Shown here piece by piece: positions 35,101 through 44,921 of a stretch of DNA of 64,000 nt. The position numbers and the translations under genes are program-made. Every line of letters begins with the position of its first letter. The stretch's first letter is position 1. The stretch is taken from NCBI GenBank assembly GCA_046563655.1, contig CM102286.1, forward strand, positions 8,246,001 to 8,310,000, in the 5' to 3' direction. The DNA is from Yuukianura sp. NJ FZ-2021. Its lineage: Eukaryota. The notes under the pieces are model-generated. The model worked only from the letters and a program-made list of their open reading frames with translations, had not been told where the DNA came from and did no database searches.

Positions 35101-37386
35101 CTAGGTTTTTTAAGTCCTCTAACTGTTTGTATCAAGATTTATTTTCAGGATCTATGGGAGCATGACCACAGGGGTCAGAAGCTCAAATGGGATGACGAAA
35201 TCCCAACTGAATTACAACAGCCGTGGAGAGAGTACATTGACGGGTTAAGTAAAATTAAATTGATTAAAATCCCCAGATTCTTAGGATTAGGTGGGGCCAG
35301 CCAAGTAGAAGTACATGGATTTTCTGATTCATCGGAACATGCCTACTGTGCTGCTGTTTACATCAGATGTACTTTCCCAGACGGATCAATTACGACAAAT
35401 TTAGCAGCAGCGAAAACGAAAGTGGCTCCTGCCAAGCAAGTCAGTCTCCCAAGATTGGAACTGTGTGGGGCACTTCTGCTGTCAAGGTTGATTCCCAAGG
35501 TAATGGAATCACTTAATTTAAAATGTTCTATTTCAGCTTGGTCAGACAGTGAGACTGTTCTGAAATGGATTCGGAATTCATCTCGTCGTTTCGTCACGTT
35601 CGTTGCGAACAGAGTAGCTGAAATACAGGAAGTTCTACCAGTTGCATCCTGGAACTTCGTACCAGGAATCGAAAATCCGGCTGATCTTGGCACTAGAGGA
35701 ATCTGTGCAGAGGATTTAGCAAATTCATCGTTTTGGTGGAAGGGACCACTATGGTTAAGTGACCCATTGATACCTAATTTTGAGCCAGGGGGCAAGGTGA
35801 GTGAGCCTCCTGACTTAGAATTACGAAAGGTAAAGGTTAATTTGTCAATTGTGGAGTTAAATTTCATGTTGAGGTTCTCAATCCTCATGAGGCTTAATCG
35901 TGCAGTGGCATATGCCACAAGATTTATATTCAATTGCAGGAACAAGAAGTTAGGTCGAAGTCACAATGGAGACTTAACGGTAGCAGAAACTCACTCTGCA
36001 TTCATGGTTTGTGTCAGATCTGCCCAATGGGATGACTTTTGGGAAGAGATCACTTTACTTCAAAACGGGAAACAAATTGGTAAGAGTAGTTCCATCAGTT
36101 CACTTAATCCGTTTTTAGACAATGAAGGTGTACTGAGAGTCGGAGGCAGACTCCAGAATTCAGATGCTCCAGATGAGCAGAAACACCAAATCATCATCAG
36201 TGGACATCATTATTTGACACAACTAATCATTATGGACTACCACCGTAAGTTTCATCATGCCAATTACCAATTGCTCTGGTCCAATCTGTCGAGAAGGTTT
36301 TGGATCATTCGGGCCCGAGTAGCCATTCGGAACATCATTCGGAACTGCCTTCGTTGCAAGAGAATGAAGGCTAAAGTCACAGAACAACTGATGGGCAGCC
36401 TGCCCAAGGCCAGAGTCACTCCGTCATCACCATTCAGTCACTGTGGAGTTGACTATGCTGGACCGACTAAGCTCCAAGAAAAATATGGACGTGGGAAACG
36501 GCAGTTCAATGCCTATTTTTGCATCTTTGTATGCTTTACCACGAAAGCAGTTCACCTCGAGCCGGTGACTGATCTTACTACGGAGGCTTTCATAGCCACT
36601 TTGAAAAGATTCATTTCCAGGAGGGGCTTGAGTACTAATATTTATTCAGATTGTGGATCTAATTTTGTTGGTGCTGCTAATGAGTTGAAAGAGTGGCACT
36701 CAATTATTTCAAATTCTAAAATATTTGATTTCTTATCTTTTCAGGGTATTCAGTGGCATCTGAATCCACCTGATGCACCTCACATGGGAGGAATCTGGGA
36801 AGCAGGCGTGAAGTCTGCCAAATACCACATTAAGAGGGTCGTGGGAACTACTACATTGACCCTAGAGGAATACTACACACTGCTGACCAATGTGGAAGCT
36901 GTTCTCAATTCTCGTCCGATTTGTGCTAAGAGCCAGGATCCAGGAGACTACGAGGCACTGACTCCAGGCCATTTTCTAATTGGGAAGCCTCTGATGTCAA
37001 TTCCAGAACTGGATCTACGCGAAATCAAGGAGAATCGGCTTTCCCGTTGGCAGAGAGTTCAGCAGATGACTCAACATTTTTGGAAGCGCTGGAGCGCAGA
37101 ATACGTCAATACACTCCAACAGAGGAACAAATGGAAAACTACAGATGACAATTTGAAAGTTGGAGATCTCGTCCTGATCAAAGATGAAGATACTCCGCCT
37201 CTGAATTGGAAATTAGCAAGGATCTCAGCTGTATTCCCCGGAGAAGATGGGTTAGTCAGAACAGTGGAAGTATTTTGGAAGTCAGCTGAACTAAATCACA
37301 AGGGTGAAGTCATCAAACAGAAGGAACATGTCTACAAACGTCCAGTTGTAAGAATCTGCAAATTATTAGACAAAGAGGATTTGTAA
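32164..37386 (+). CDS. BEL/Pao gag-pol polyprotein (intact single ORF)
   Basis: DUF1759-like gag (MPKLELPTFNGKYEEW), three Cys/His knuckles, protease LLDQGS, RT FYVDD, Pao RNase H HGFSDSS, integrase (GVDYAGP, YSDCG, GGIWEAGV) and C-terminal WKRWSAEY. ORF open from 32086; first ATG at 32164. Confidence 0.97.
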   Translation: MADKSDDTGTPKAVAGVGAAGTSISVVPSTETETMKKLGRSLKGFGLDLQYFHMKIEELSTSSTAVTGAVIAIERKKLENFESKLGLIRHEIYMNCEDDDELRKQAKEINICDKFIERISTRLISIESKAGVCTTGGQSQTSQMKVNMPKLELPTFNGKYEEWLSYRDLMLTYVVNNASLSGSQKLGYLQPTLKGEAEETLKYFDLSNGSFEEAWETLKERYENPRQITFAFLQKMFNFKPIAQETPQSLRKLLDVFNMSIRQLQVLKEPVDQWDSILIFLILEKLSPETKKEWTKNFKGTSMPAFSEVKDFLEDYLRSLTVTSGDKPRADSQKAIDKNKERKVHTGSSSHPKPCPKCSGEHGLFKCPEFGAMPQDQREKYVRTNKLCLNCLRPAHTAENCRAPFTCGKCKKKHNTLLHREKQPPRSESQQGTSTAANHSAGARVVLATAIVNVQNSLGDLQSCRVLLDQGSESNFISERCVKFLGLNRRGTDVRITGISGAMVQRALGETSFQIESMAKNYKFTVNALILPKVTGTLPSFQINPSDWTFLDELELADPEFYKPNDIDILIGGEFVARLKTGKKVQGDLNHPVAEETELGWVISGPVKPSRVVSVNHALVETNQILQKFWELENVPHHQPLTVEEKAAEAHFVTTHSRNDDGRYVVKLPFKPNCQNLGSSRDIALRRLYGIERRLEKHPEHKVEYRKFMNNYVELGHMVQVPKLGAGEVMGVTNYLPHHFVLKDTSSTTKLRVVFDGSAETSNGISLNKCLMVGPTVQKDIFSHLLNFRSKAIALKADIVKMYRQFLVHPLDQDKQRILWRDSPKDEIEEFKLTTVTYGTSSAPFHAVRCLNQLANDERLKFPRAAEVIKNDFYVDDLLTALDTSTEASQIIADLTSLLSLGRLEISKFDSNSKEALKDVPEDRRGKNDQFSDLDVDRVLGVCWDSNLDEFHFLGFTSQPIGILTKRIILSNISRVFDPLGFLSPLTVCIKIYFQDLWEHDHRGQKLKWDDEIPTELQQPWREYIDGLSKIKLIKIPRFLGLGGASQVEVHGFSDSSEHAYCAAVYIRCTFPDGSITTNLAAAKTKVAPAKQVSLPRLELCGALLLSRLIPKVMESLNLKCSISAWSDSETVLKWIRNSSRRFVTFVANRVAEIQEVLPVASWNFVPGIENPADLGTRGICAEDLANSSFWWKGPLWLSDPLIPNFEPGGKVSEPPDLELRKVKVNLSIVELNFMLRFSILMRLNRAVAYATRFIFNCRNKKLGRSHNGDLTVAETHSAFMVCVRSAQWDDFWEEITLLQNGKQIGKSSSISSLNPFLDNEGVLRVGGRLQNSDAPDEQKHQIIISGHHYLTQLIIMDYHRKFHHANYQLLWSNLSRRFWIIRARVAIRNIIRNCLRCKRMKAKVTEQLMGSLPKARVTPSSPFSHCGVDYAGPTKLQEKYGRGKRQFNAYFCIFVCFTTKAVHLEPVTDLTTEAFIATLKRFISRRGLSTNIYSDCGSNFVGAANELKEWHSIISNSKIFDFLSFQGIQWHLNPPDAPHMGGIWEAGVKSAKYHIKRVVGTTTLTLEEYYTLLTNVEAVLNSRPICAKSQDPGDYEALTPGHFLIGKPLMSIPELDLREIKENRLSRWQRVQQMTQHFWKRWSAEYVNTLQQRNKWKTTDDNLKVGDLVLIKDEDTPPLNWKLARISAVFPGEDGLVRTVEVFWKSAELNHKGEVIKQKEHVYKRPVVRICKLLDKEDL

Positions 37387-37870
37387 GGAAACCATTTTAC
37401 TTAATTAATACTTAATTGTAAGTTAGGATTCGATTTAAGATTTAGGTTTCAATTTTTAATCAATTTTAAACGTAATTTTCAATTTTAAATCAAATTTAAC
37501 GTAAGTAGTTAGTTTGGTACTAGATTAAGGAAACTGAGAATTTTTAACTTGGCCGTTCGAGTAATTTTTAATTTAATTCTTATAATGCAAATCAGAAGTG
37601 ATCGTGAGTGTATGTGACCTGTGATTCCCAAGTGAATTGGATGCTGGCCAGAGTAGAATGCTTGTGTATCAAACCGCCTCATTTATTTATAGCACACGTA
37701 TGACTGAGAACCTATGCGCCACTCTACTACTGTAAGGTTAGGTTATGGAGGGGAAATAGCAAAAATGATAAAATATCACAAACAAAAATGTCGACAAAAA
37801 ATATCAAAAAACAAAAAAAAAGTCGAAAAGTCGAAAAAACAAGTAATGAAATTTTTTCATAGAAATTTCG

Positions 37871-38013
37871 AACATTGACTCTAGCCTAGTGTATAAGTGC
37901 TTGTACCTACTTCTCTACGGTCGCTGGTTCGAATACTACACGGGTCAACGCTTGTGGTTAATACGTGACAAGTACTTAGATACAAAACTGGGGTCAATGT
38001 TATTACTATTTTT
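37871..38013 (+). ncRNA. Putative Pol III-type structured RNA (tRNA-like A/B boxes); mirrored at ~45207-45349 on the minus strand
   Basis: A-box-like TAGCCTAGTGT (37882), B-box-like GGTTCGAATAC (37926), long terminal stem 37871-37884 / 37988-38001, and a T5 run at 38009-38013. Confidence 0.4.
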
Positions 38014-38299
38014 GGATTTTTGCTAAAGGATTAAAAAAAAAGTTCTTAATACTTTTCTTTAGAGAAACGTTTTTTGAAATTTTTTAAAATAGTTTTTTAG
38101 ACGTTGAAATTCTTGGAAGCGTCTTTTCTATAGAAAAACGTTTTTACTTAAAAGTTTCTTTTCAAAACACCGGTTCTCAAGAAAAACGTTTTTGAAAATT
38201 TTTAAATATAATTTTTCAAGCATTGTTTTGTGTGCTACTTAAACAGCGAGTTTTGAGACTAGCAATCATCAGTTCTGAAACCATTCTCAATCCGCAATC

Positions 38300-39178
38300 A
38301 TGACCATGGAGGGGTTTAGACCGTATATGGAAGTTTTAACACCATTTAGTGACATGGAAGATGTCATCGGCATCAAGATTGCTGGACACTCAATTCTGCT
38401 AGCAGCAGAGGAGCTGCCGATCGTCGTTGAAAAGCTAGTTAAAGCGTACATCGAAGCTGGGAGAATGATGAAGGATCTTCCACACTTTGAAAGAATCATG
38501 GCAAGGAACCGCAAGAATGGATTTCTCAAGTTATTCCGTGTTCTAGAACAACCACCAGCCTCGGAAATTCAAATAATGAAAGAAAAGCTTGATACACCTC
38601 TTCTTCCAATCCACTGCATTAAAAACGAGTCGGAACAAGTGTTTCTTATTCGAAGCGGTGGTCCTCTCACAGTGAACATTAGTGACATTCCTCTTCTGGT
38701 GGAGTCGCTTCTAAAGTGTGGCTGCTTTCCAACTTCTTATCCGGAACGGAATCTGGACGAGCTTATTCATGAAACAAAACGCGAATTCCTGGAAAAGCTA
38801 CGCAAGGAAGGTCTCAACACTTGTGTCAACAAAATTAAGAAAATGATTGGAAAGCTCGCAGGAACAAAACCAGAAGACAAGAAAATGCCTCCATACAAAA
38901 GCGAAAATCGTTTCAAAAGCATGTTTCGACAACGCAACTGCTGCTGTCCAACAATCGATGATACAATAATGCCGCGTTATAGAAAGCACATAGCGGACGT
39001 TACAAAAGACCAACAGGAGAGAATTAACAAACCAAGGATTGTATCAGAAGGAGATTTTGGGGACAGACAGCTTCAAAACCTCGAAACTTATCGATTAGCG
39101 CCATATTCTGCTAAAGTCAAGAGCATGATTATTCACCATGGTGTACATGATCGTTCTGCTTATGATACTTTCTGTTAA
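38300..39178 (+). CDS. Hypothetical protein (292 aa), left arm of Polinton-like element
   Basis: Long ATG-initiated ORF followed by AATAAA (~39219); mirrored at 44045-44921. No family recognised. Confidence 0.75.
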   Translation: MTMEGFRPYMEVLTPFSDMEDVIGIKIAGHSILLAAEELPIVVEKLVKAYIEAGRMMKDLPHFERIMARNRKNGFLKLFRVLEQPPASEIQIMKEKLDTPLLPIHCIKNESEQVFLIRSGGPLTVNISDIPLLVESLLKCGCFPTSYPERNLDELIHETKREFLEKLRKEGLNTCVNKIKKMIGKLAGTKPEDKKMPPYKSENRFKSMFRQRNCCCPTIDDTIMPRYRKHIADVTKDQQERINKPRIVSEGDFGDRQLQNLETYRLAPYSAKVKSMIIHHGVHDRSAYDTFC

Positions 39179-39356
39179 CTGAATTTCTGTATAGTTTAGT
39201 ATTACACCTTTACATGTGAATAAAATCCAAGATTTTAAATTTTTTGTTACATTGGGAAATTATTTATTGAACTCAAATTGTAAATTTAAACAAAACTTAA
39301 ACACAAATTAATAAATCAATGTTGTATAAAACTGTAAATTATTGTTGTGCTCAAAC

Positions 39357-41012
39357 TTATTTCCAATTGGCCGGAGGCTTCCACTCTTCCAGAAAAGTGT
39401 TATCCACACTAGACTCGCTCTCATTTTCATCTTCTTCTTCGCCATAACTCACACTGGGAGTTTCTTCGTCTTCACTCGTGTTGGAATCCTCTACATAACG
39501 CCTTTTCTTTCTAGGATTCACTCCTCGAAACGGCTGAAATAGGTACTGTCTTGCTTCAGGTAATTCATCTGTTGGAAATTTACGGGATTTCATAAACTGA
39601 ATCATTCCCGAAATCAATGCACCCTTTAGCCTGCGTCTGCCATCACTGATAACACGAATACCGTCTTCAAAGTCACATCGCTGCATTTGTTCACTGCCAA
39701 AAACAACAGTGTCCCCTTGAAGAATGGCTCCATTATTCACAAAAAACTGAAGCAGGTTTTGTCCTGGTTTTGGAAAGTTTGAAAAATTGAAGTCTTTTTG
39801 CTCCAGAATCGGGTTTGGCAACTCCGTTGTCTTGTGTTCTTCCATACCTTTCGCCTCAACTTCCAATGCGTTTGTGTCTTTCGAATGAACAGGCTTTTGT
39901 TGTTCCACGTTCCGTCTATTCTGGAATTGACGAAGAAGAGCATGGAGCATGTGGTTTTGAAGTTCAACTGATGTCTTTCCGTTGTCGAACTCGTCGTTCA
40001 GCTGAGTTACTTTTCTTTTCAGAAAATTTCTTTTTGCGTCACTCGCAAATGTTTCAAAGGGAATGGCTTCCTTTTTCTGTTCCATTGGCGACATCCACAC
40101 AGATTCATTCTGTGACGTATTCAAAGTCAATTTGTCATATTCTGCTTCCTCCAGCACCGTGTATGGGCATGTTTTGTCTTTAACATAAACGTTACACTTT
40201 TCAGGAAAAATATTGTCTCTAATGCGAAACAAATCATTCTGACGTTGTGTGAAATCTATAAAGAGGTATCCATAGTCTTTGGACATGCAACTTTTGTACG
40301 CGGTCTCCATCGTTGTATTTTTCTTTCCGCCATTCATTTGTCGCCCCAAGCAAGCAACAAACTGAGAGTCTCTAGGGTTCTTCATTAGAACCAAGTAATG
40401 ACAGTTTGCAGTAATTTCTTTTAAGTTCTTATGAAAAAAGTTTTGCACAAGAATAATGAGCGATACATTGCGGTGGTGAGATGTTCTAGTGAACGCAGTG
40501 CCAACTTCAGATTTCTTTCCAACTTCATGCATTAAATCATCCAGCACCACAAGGGACGGTTTATCAGATCCATCATGCCATTTATCCAGCAGCCCTTGGT
40601 GAAACTTTATTTGAGGCATGGCACATTTTAGTTGTGTAAACAAATCTGGCTGTAACTCTGTATAGCAGTATGTAACACGATTGAACTTTTCCCCAGTAGA
40701 CGTCACAATGATCTCATTCCGACGAAGGATGATTTCCTTAACCAGAGTACTTTTTCCGCTCTGAGTCATCCCGCTGATGCACATCGTAAAAGGAGCGCGT
40801 AAATGAGGATCAAATGTTGTCCCGGATAATTCGTCCATAAACAGCGATCCTTTGGCAGGCTCATCCGATACATATGTGGCAGGAGTCAAGTGATAAGCAA
40901 TGTTGTCGTTAATAGGAATGGGGACTTGCATAGTCCTGCATGTCGATTTGTGACGTTTAAAGTTATCCGACCGTCCAAACTTTTTTGAACAACCTGAACA
41001 ACTGTATTCCAT
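39357..41012 (-). CDS. C2H2-like zinc finger + A32/FtsK-family DNA packaging ATPase + C-terminal extension (left arm, intact)
   Basis: CSGCSKKFGRSDNFKRHKSTC; Walker A GMTQSGKS; Walker B LVVLDD; FTRTSHHRNVSLIILVQN; KNPRD…LGRQ; YGYLFIDF, as in Polinton/adintovirus ATPases. ORF open from 41072; ATG at 41012. Confidence 0.9.
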   Translation of the reverse strand: MEYSCSGCSKKFGRSDNFKRHKSTCRTMQVPIPINDNIAYHLTPATYVSDEPAKGSLFMDELSGTTFDPHLRAPFTMCISGMTQSGKSTLVKEIILRRNEIIVTSTGEKFNRVTYCYTELQPDLFTQLKCAMPQIKFHQGLLDKWHDGSDKPSLVVLDDLMHEVGKKSEVGTAFTRTSHHRNVSLIILVQNFFHKNLKEITANCHYLVLMKNPRDSQFVACLGRQMNGGKKNTTMETAYKSCMSKDYGYLFIDFTQRQNDLFRIRDNIFPEKCNVYVKDKTCPYTVLEEAEYDKLTLNTSQNESVWMSPMEQKKEAIPFETFASDAKRNFLKRKVTQLNDEFDNGKTSVELQNHMLHALLRQFQNRRNVEQQKPVHSKDTNALEVEAKGMEEHKTTELPNPILEQKDFNFSNFPKPGQNLLQFFVNNGAILQGDTVVFGSEQMQRCDFEDGIRVISDGRRRLKGALISGMIQFMKSRKFPTDELPEARQYLFQPFRGVNPRKKRRYVEDSNTSEDEETPSVSYGEEEDENESESSVDNTFLEEWKPPANWK

Positions 41013-41494
41013 TTTTATATTCACTACGACAAGGTGTTTACGCTCTATGAATCCTTTGTATCTGATTTCCACTCAGCGAGAAGAAAAGAGATAAAGAAAG
41101 AATATATCTTGTCCGCTTATGATCTGTGACTGAATGAATTCTCCATCAGCGTGTAGGACTTATACTCCTCCTCATCCTCCACACCCGGCTTCTCAGACAA
41201 CCCAAAACCACGCTTTTACTACTCCTCTTCCTCCTCCTCAGATAACTGAAGAGCATGCCTATACTCCTCCTCCTCCCCTCCTCTTCAAACAACTGAAGAG
41301 CAGGCCTATACTCCTCCTCCTCCCCTCCTGCTCAGATGACTGAAGAGCATGCCTATACTCCTCCTCGGCGGAAGAGCTTAGCGATACTCCTACTCCTCCT
41401 CCTCAGTCCAACACAGACCGGTCCATAACATCGCTCATCCTACACCCAACCTAACCTAACTTCATGGCATCATACTCGAATCATTTTATCTTAT

Positions 41495-41722
41495 TACACC
41501 GGACTTTTGTCAAACTGTGTTGTAATTTCAATAAACTACACTGGACTTTCGTCAAACTGTTTTGTAATTTCAATAAACTACATCGGACTTTTGTCAAACT
41601 GTTTTGTAATTTCAATAAACTACACTGGACTTTCGTCAAACTGTTTTGTAATTTCAATAAACTACACCGGAGTTTTCTCAAGATGTTTTGTAATTTCAAC
41701 CAATTACACTAGACTTTTCTCA
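41495..41722. repeat. 42-bp minisatellite (~5.4 copies) in the palindrome spacer
   Basis: Unit TACACYGGACTTTYGTCAAACTGTTTTGTAATTTCAATAAAC. Confidence 0.95.
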
Positions 41723-42211
41723 GTTGCCGGGGTATTTCCACCCCCAATACGTCGCTCTTGTGTAATGCTATGCATTGGGTGTAGGATGAGCGATGTTATG
41801 GACCGGTCTGTGTTGGACTGAGGAGGAGGAGTAGGAGTATCGCTAAGCTCTTCCGCCGAGGAGGAGTATAGGCATGCTCTTCAGTCATCTGAGCAGGAGG
41901 GGAGGAGGAGGAGTATAGGCCTGCTCTTCAGTTGTTTGAAGAGGAGGGGAGGAGGAGGAGTATAGGCATGCTCTTCAGTTATCTGAGGAGGAGGAAGAGG
42001 AGTAGTAAAAGCGTGGTTTTGGGTTGTCTGAGAAGCCGGGTGTGGAGGATGAGGAGGAGTATAAGTCCTACACGCTGATGGAGAATTCATTCAGTCACAG
42101 ATCATAAGCGGACAAGATATATTCTTTCTTTATCTCTTTTCTTCTCGCTGAGTGGAAATCAGATACAAAGGATTCATAGAGCGTAAACACCTTGTCGTAG
42201 TGAATATAAAA

Positions 42212-43866
42212 ATGGAATACAGTTGTTCAGGTTGTTCAAAAAAGTTTGGACGGTCGGATAACTTTAAACGTCACAAATCGACATGCAGGACTATGCAAGT
42301 CCCCATTCCTATTAACGACAACATTGCTTATCACTTGACTCCTGCCACATATGTATCGGATGAGCCTGCCAAAGGATCGCTGTTTATGGACGAATTATCC
42401 GGGACAACATTTGATCCTCATTTACGCGCTCCTTTTACGATGTGCATCAGCGGGATGACTCAGAGCGGAAAAAGTACTCTGGTTAAGGAAATCATCCTTC
42501 GTCGGAATGAGATCATTGTGACGTCTACTGGGGAAAAGTTCAATCGTGTTACATACTGCTATACAGAGTTACAGCCAGATTTGTTTACACAACTAAAATG
42601 TGCCATGCCTCAAATAAAGTTTCACCAAGGGCTGCTGGATAAATGGCATGATGGATCTGATAAACCGTCCCTTGTGGTGCTGGATGATTTAATGCATGAA
42701 GTTGGAAAGAAATCTGAAGTTGGCACTGCGTTCACTAGAACATCTCACCACCGCAATGTATCGCTCATTATTCTTGTACAAAACTTTTTTCACAAGAACT
42801 TAAAAGAAATTACTGCAAACTGTCATTACTTGGTTCTAATGAAGAACCCTAGAGACTCTCAGTTTGTTGCTTGCTTGGGGCGACAAATGAATGGCGGAAA
42901 GAAAAATACAACGATGGAGACCGCGTACAAAAGTTGCATGTCCAAAGACTATGGATACCTCTTTATAGATTTCACACAACGTCAGAATGATTTGTTTCGC
43001 ATTAGAGACAATATTTTTCCTGAAAAGTGTAACGTTTATGTTAAAGACAAAACATGCCCATACACGGTGCTGGAGGAAGCAGAATATGACAAATTGACTT
43101 TGAATACGTCACAGAATGAATCTGTGTGGATGTCGCCAATGGAACAGAAAAAGGAAGCCATTCCCTTTGAAACATTTGCGAGTGACGCAAAAAGAAATTT
43201 TCTGAAAAGAAAAGTAACTCAGCTGAACGACGAGTTCGACAACGGAAAGACATCAGTTGAACTTCAAAACCACATGCTCCATGCTCTTCTTCGTCAATTC
43301 CAGAATAGACGGAACGTGGAACAACAAAAGCCTGTTCATTCGAAAGACACAAACGCATTGGAAGTTGAGGCGAAAGGTATGGAAGAACACAAGACAACGG
43401 AGTTGCCAAACCCGATTCTGGAGCAAAAAGACTTCAATTTTTCAAACTTTCCAAAACCAGGACAAAACCTGCTTCAGTTTTTTGTGAATAATGGAGCCAT
43501 TCTTCAAGGGGACACTGTTGTTTTTGGCAGTGAACAAATGCAGCGATGTGACTTTGAAGACGGTATTCGTGTTATCAGTGATGGCAGACGCAGGCTAAAG
43601 GGTGCATTGATTTCGGGAATGATTCAGTTTATGAAATCCCGTAAATTTCCAACAGATGAATTACCTGAAGCAAGACAGTACCTATTTCAGCCGTTTCGAG
43701 GAGTGAATCCTAGAAAGAAAAGGCGTTATGTAGAGGATTCCAACAGAGTGAAGACGAAGAAACTCCCAGTGTGAGTTATGGCGAAGAAGAAGATGAAAAT
43801 GAGAGCGAGTCTAGTGTGGATAACACTTTTCTGGAAGAGTGGAAGCCTCCGGCCAATTGGAAATAA
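42212..43866 (+). CDS. Zinc finger + packaging ATPase, right-arm copy (1-bp deletion near 43746 shifts the acidic tail; stop at 43774)
   Basis: Reverse-complement copy of 39357-41012; CAACAGAGTG here versus CAACACGAGTG in the left arm. Confidence 0.88.
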
Positions 43867-44044
43867 GTTTGAGCACAACAATAATTTACAGTTTTATACA
43901 ACATTGATTTATTAATTTGTGTTTAAGTTTTGTTTAAATTTACAATTTGAGTTCAATAAATAATTTCCCAATGTAACAAAAAATTTAAAATCTTGGATTT
44001 TATTCACATGTAAAGGTGTAATACTAAACTATACAGAAATTCAG

Positions 44045-44921
44045 TTAACAGAAAGTATCATAAGCAGAACGATCATGTACACCATGGTGAATAATCATGC
44101 TCTTGACTTTAGCAGAATATGGCGCTAATCGATAAGTTTCGAGGTTTTGAAGCTGTCTGTCCCCAAAATCTCCTTCTGATACAATCCTTGGTTTGTTAAT
44201 TCTCTCCTGTTGGTCTTTTGTAACGTCCGCTATGTGCTTTCTATAACGCGGCATTATTGTATCATCGATTGTTGGACAGCAGCAGTTGCGTTGTCGAAAC
44301 ATGCTTTTGAAACGATTTTCGCTTTTGTATGGATGCATTTTCTTGTCTTCTGGTTTTGTTCCTGCGAGCTTTCCAATCATTTTCTTAATTTTGTTGACAC
44401 AAGTGTTGAGACCTTCCTTGCGTAGCTTTTCCAGGAATTCGCGTTTTGTTTCATGAATAAGCTCGTCCAGATTCCGTTCCGGATAAGAAGTTGGAAAGCA
44501 GCCACACTTTAGAAGCGACTCCACCAGAAGAGGAATGTCACTAATGTTCACTGTGAGAGGACCACCGCTTCGAATAAGAAACACTTGTTCCGACTCGTTT
44601 TTAATGCAGTGGATTGGAAGAAGAGGTGTATCAAGCTTTTCTTTCATTATTTGAATTTCCGAGGCTGGTGGTTGTTCTAGAACACGGAATAACTTGAGAA
44701 ATCCATTCTTGCGGTTCCTTGCCATGATTCTTTCAAAGTGTGGAAGATCCTTCATCATTCTCCCAGCTTCGATGTACGCTTTAACTAGCTTTTCAACGAC
44801 GATCGGCAGCTCCTCTGCTGCTAGCAGAATTGAGTGTCCAGCAATCTTGATGCCGATGACATCTTCCATGTCACTAAATGGTGTTAAAACTTCCATATAC
44901 GGTCTAAACCCTCCATGGTCA
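44045..44921 (-). CDS. Hypothetical protein, right-arm copy (1-bp deletion near 44910; ORF from second Met at 44896)
   Basis: Reverse-complement copy of 38300-39178 with one P>H change. Confidence 0.72.

Noticed and set aside
41134..41343. Pro-rich 69-aa ORF and its mirror at 41881-42090
   Set aside because: Low-complexity CCT repeats with no coding evidence.
41464..41821. Repetitive ORFs (LHWTFVKLFCNFNK repeats)
   Set aside because: By-products of the 42-bp minisatellite, open in several frames on both strands.
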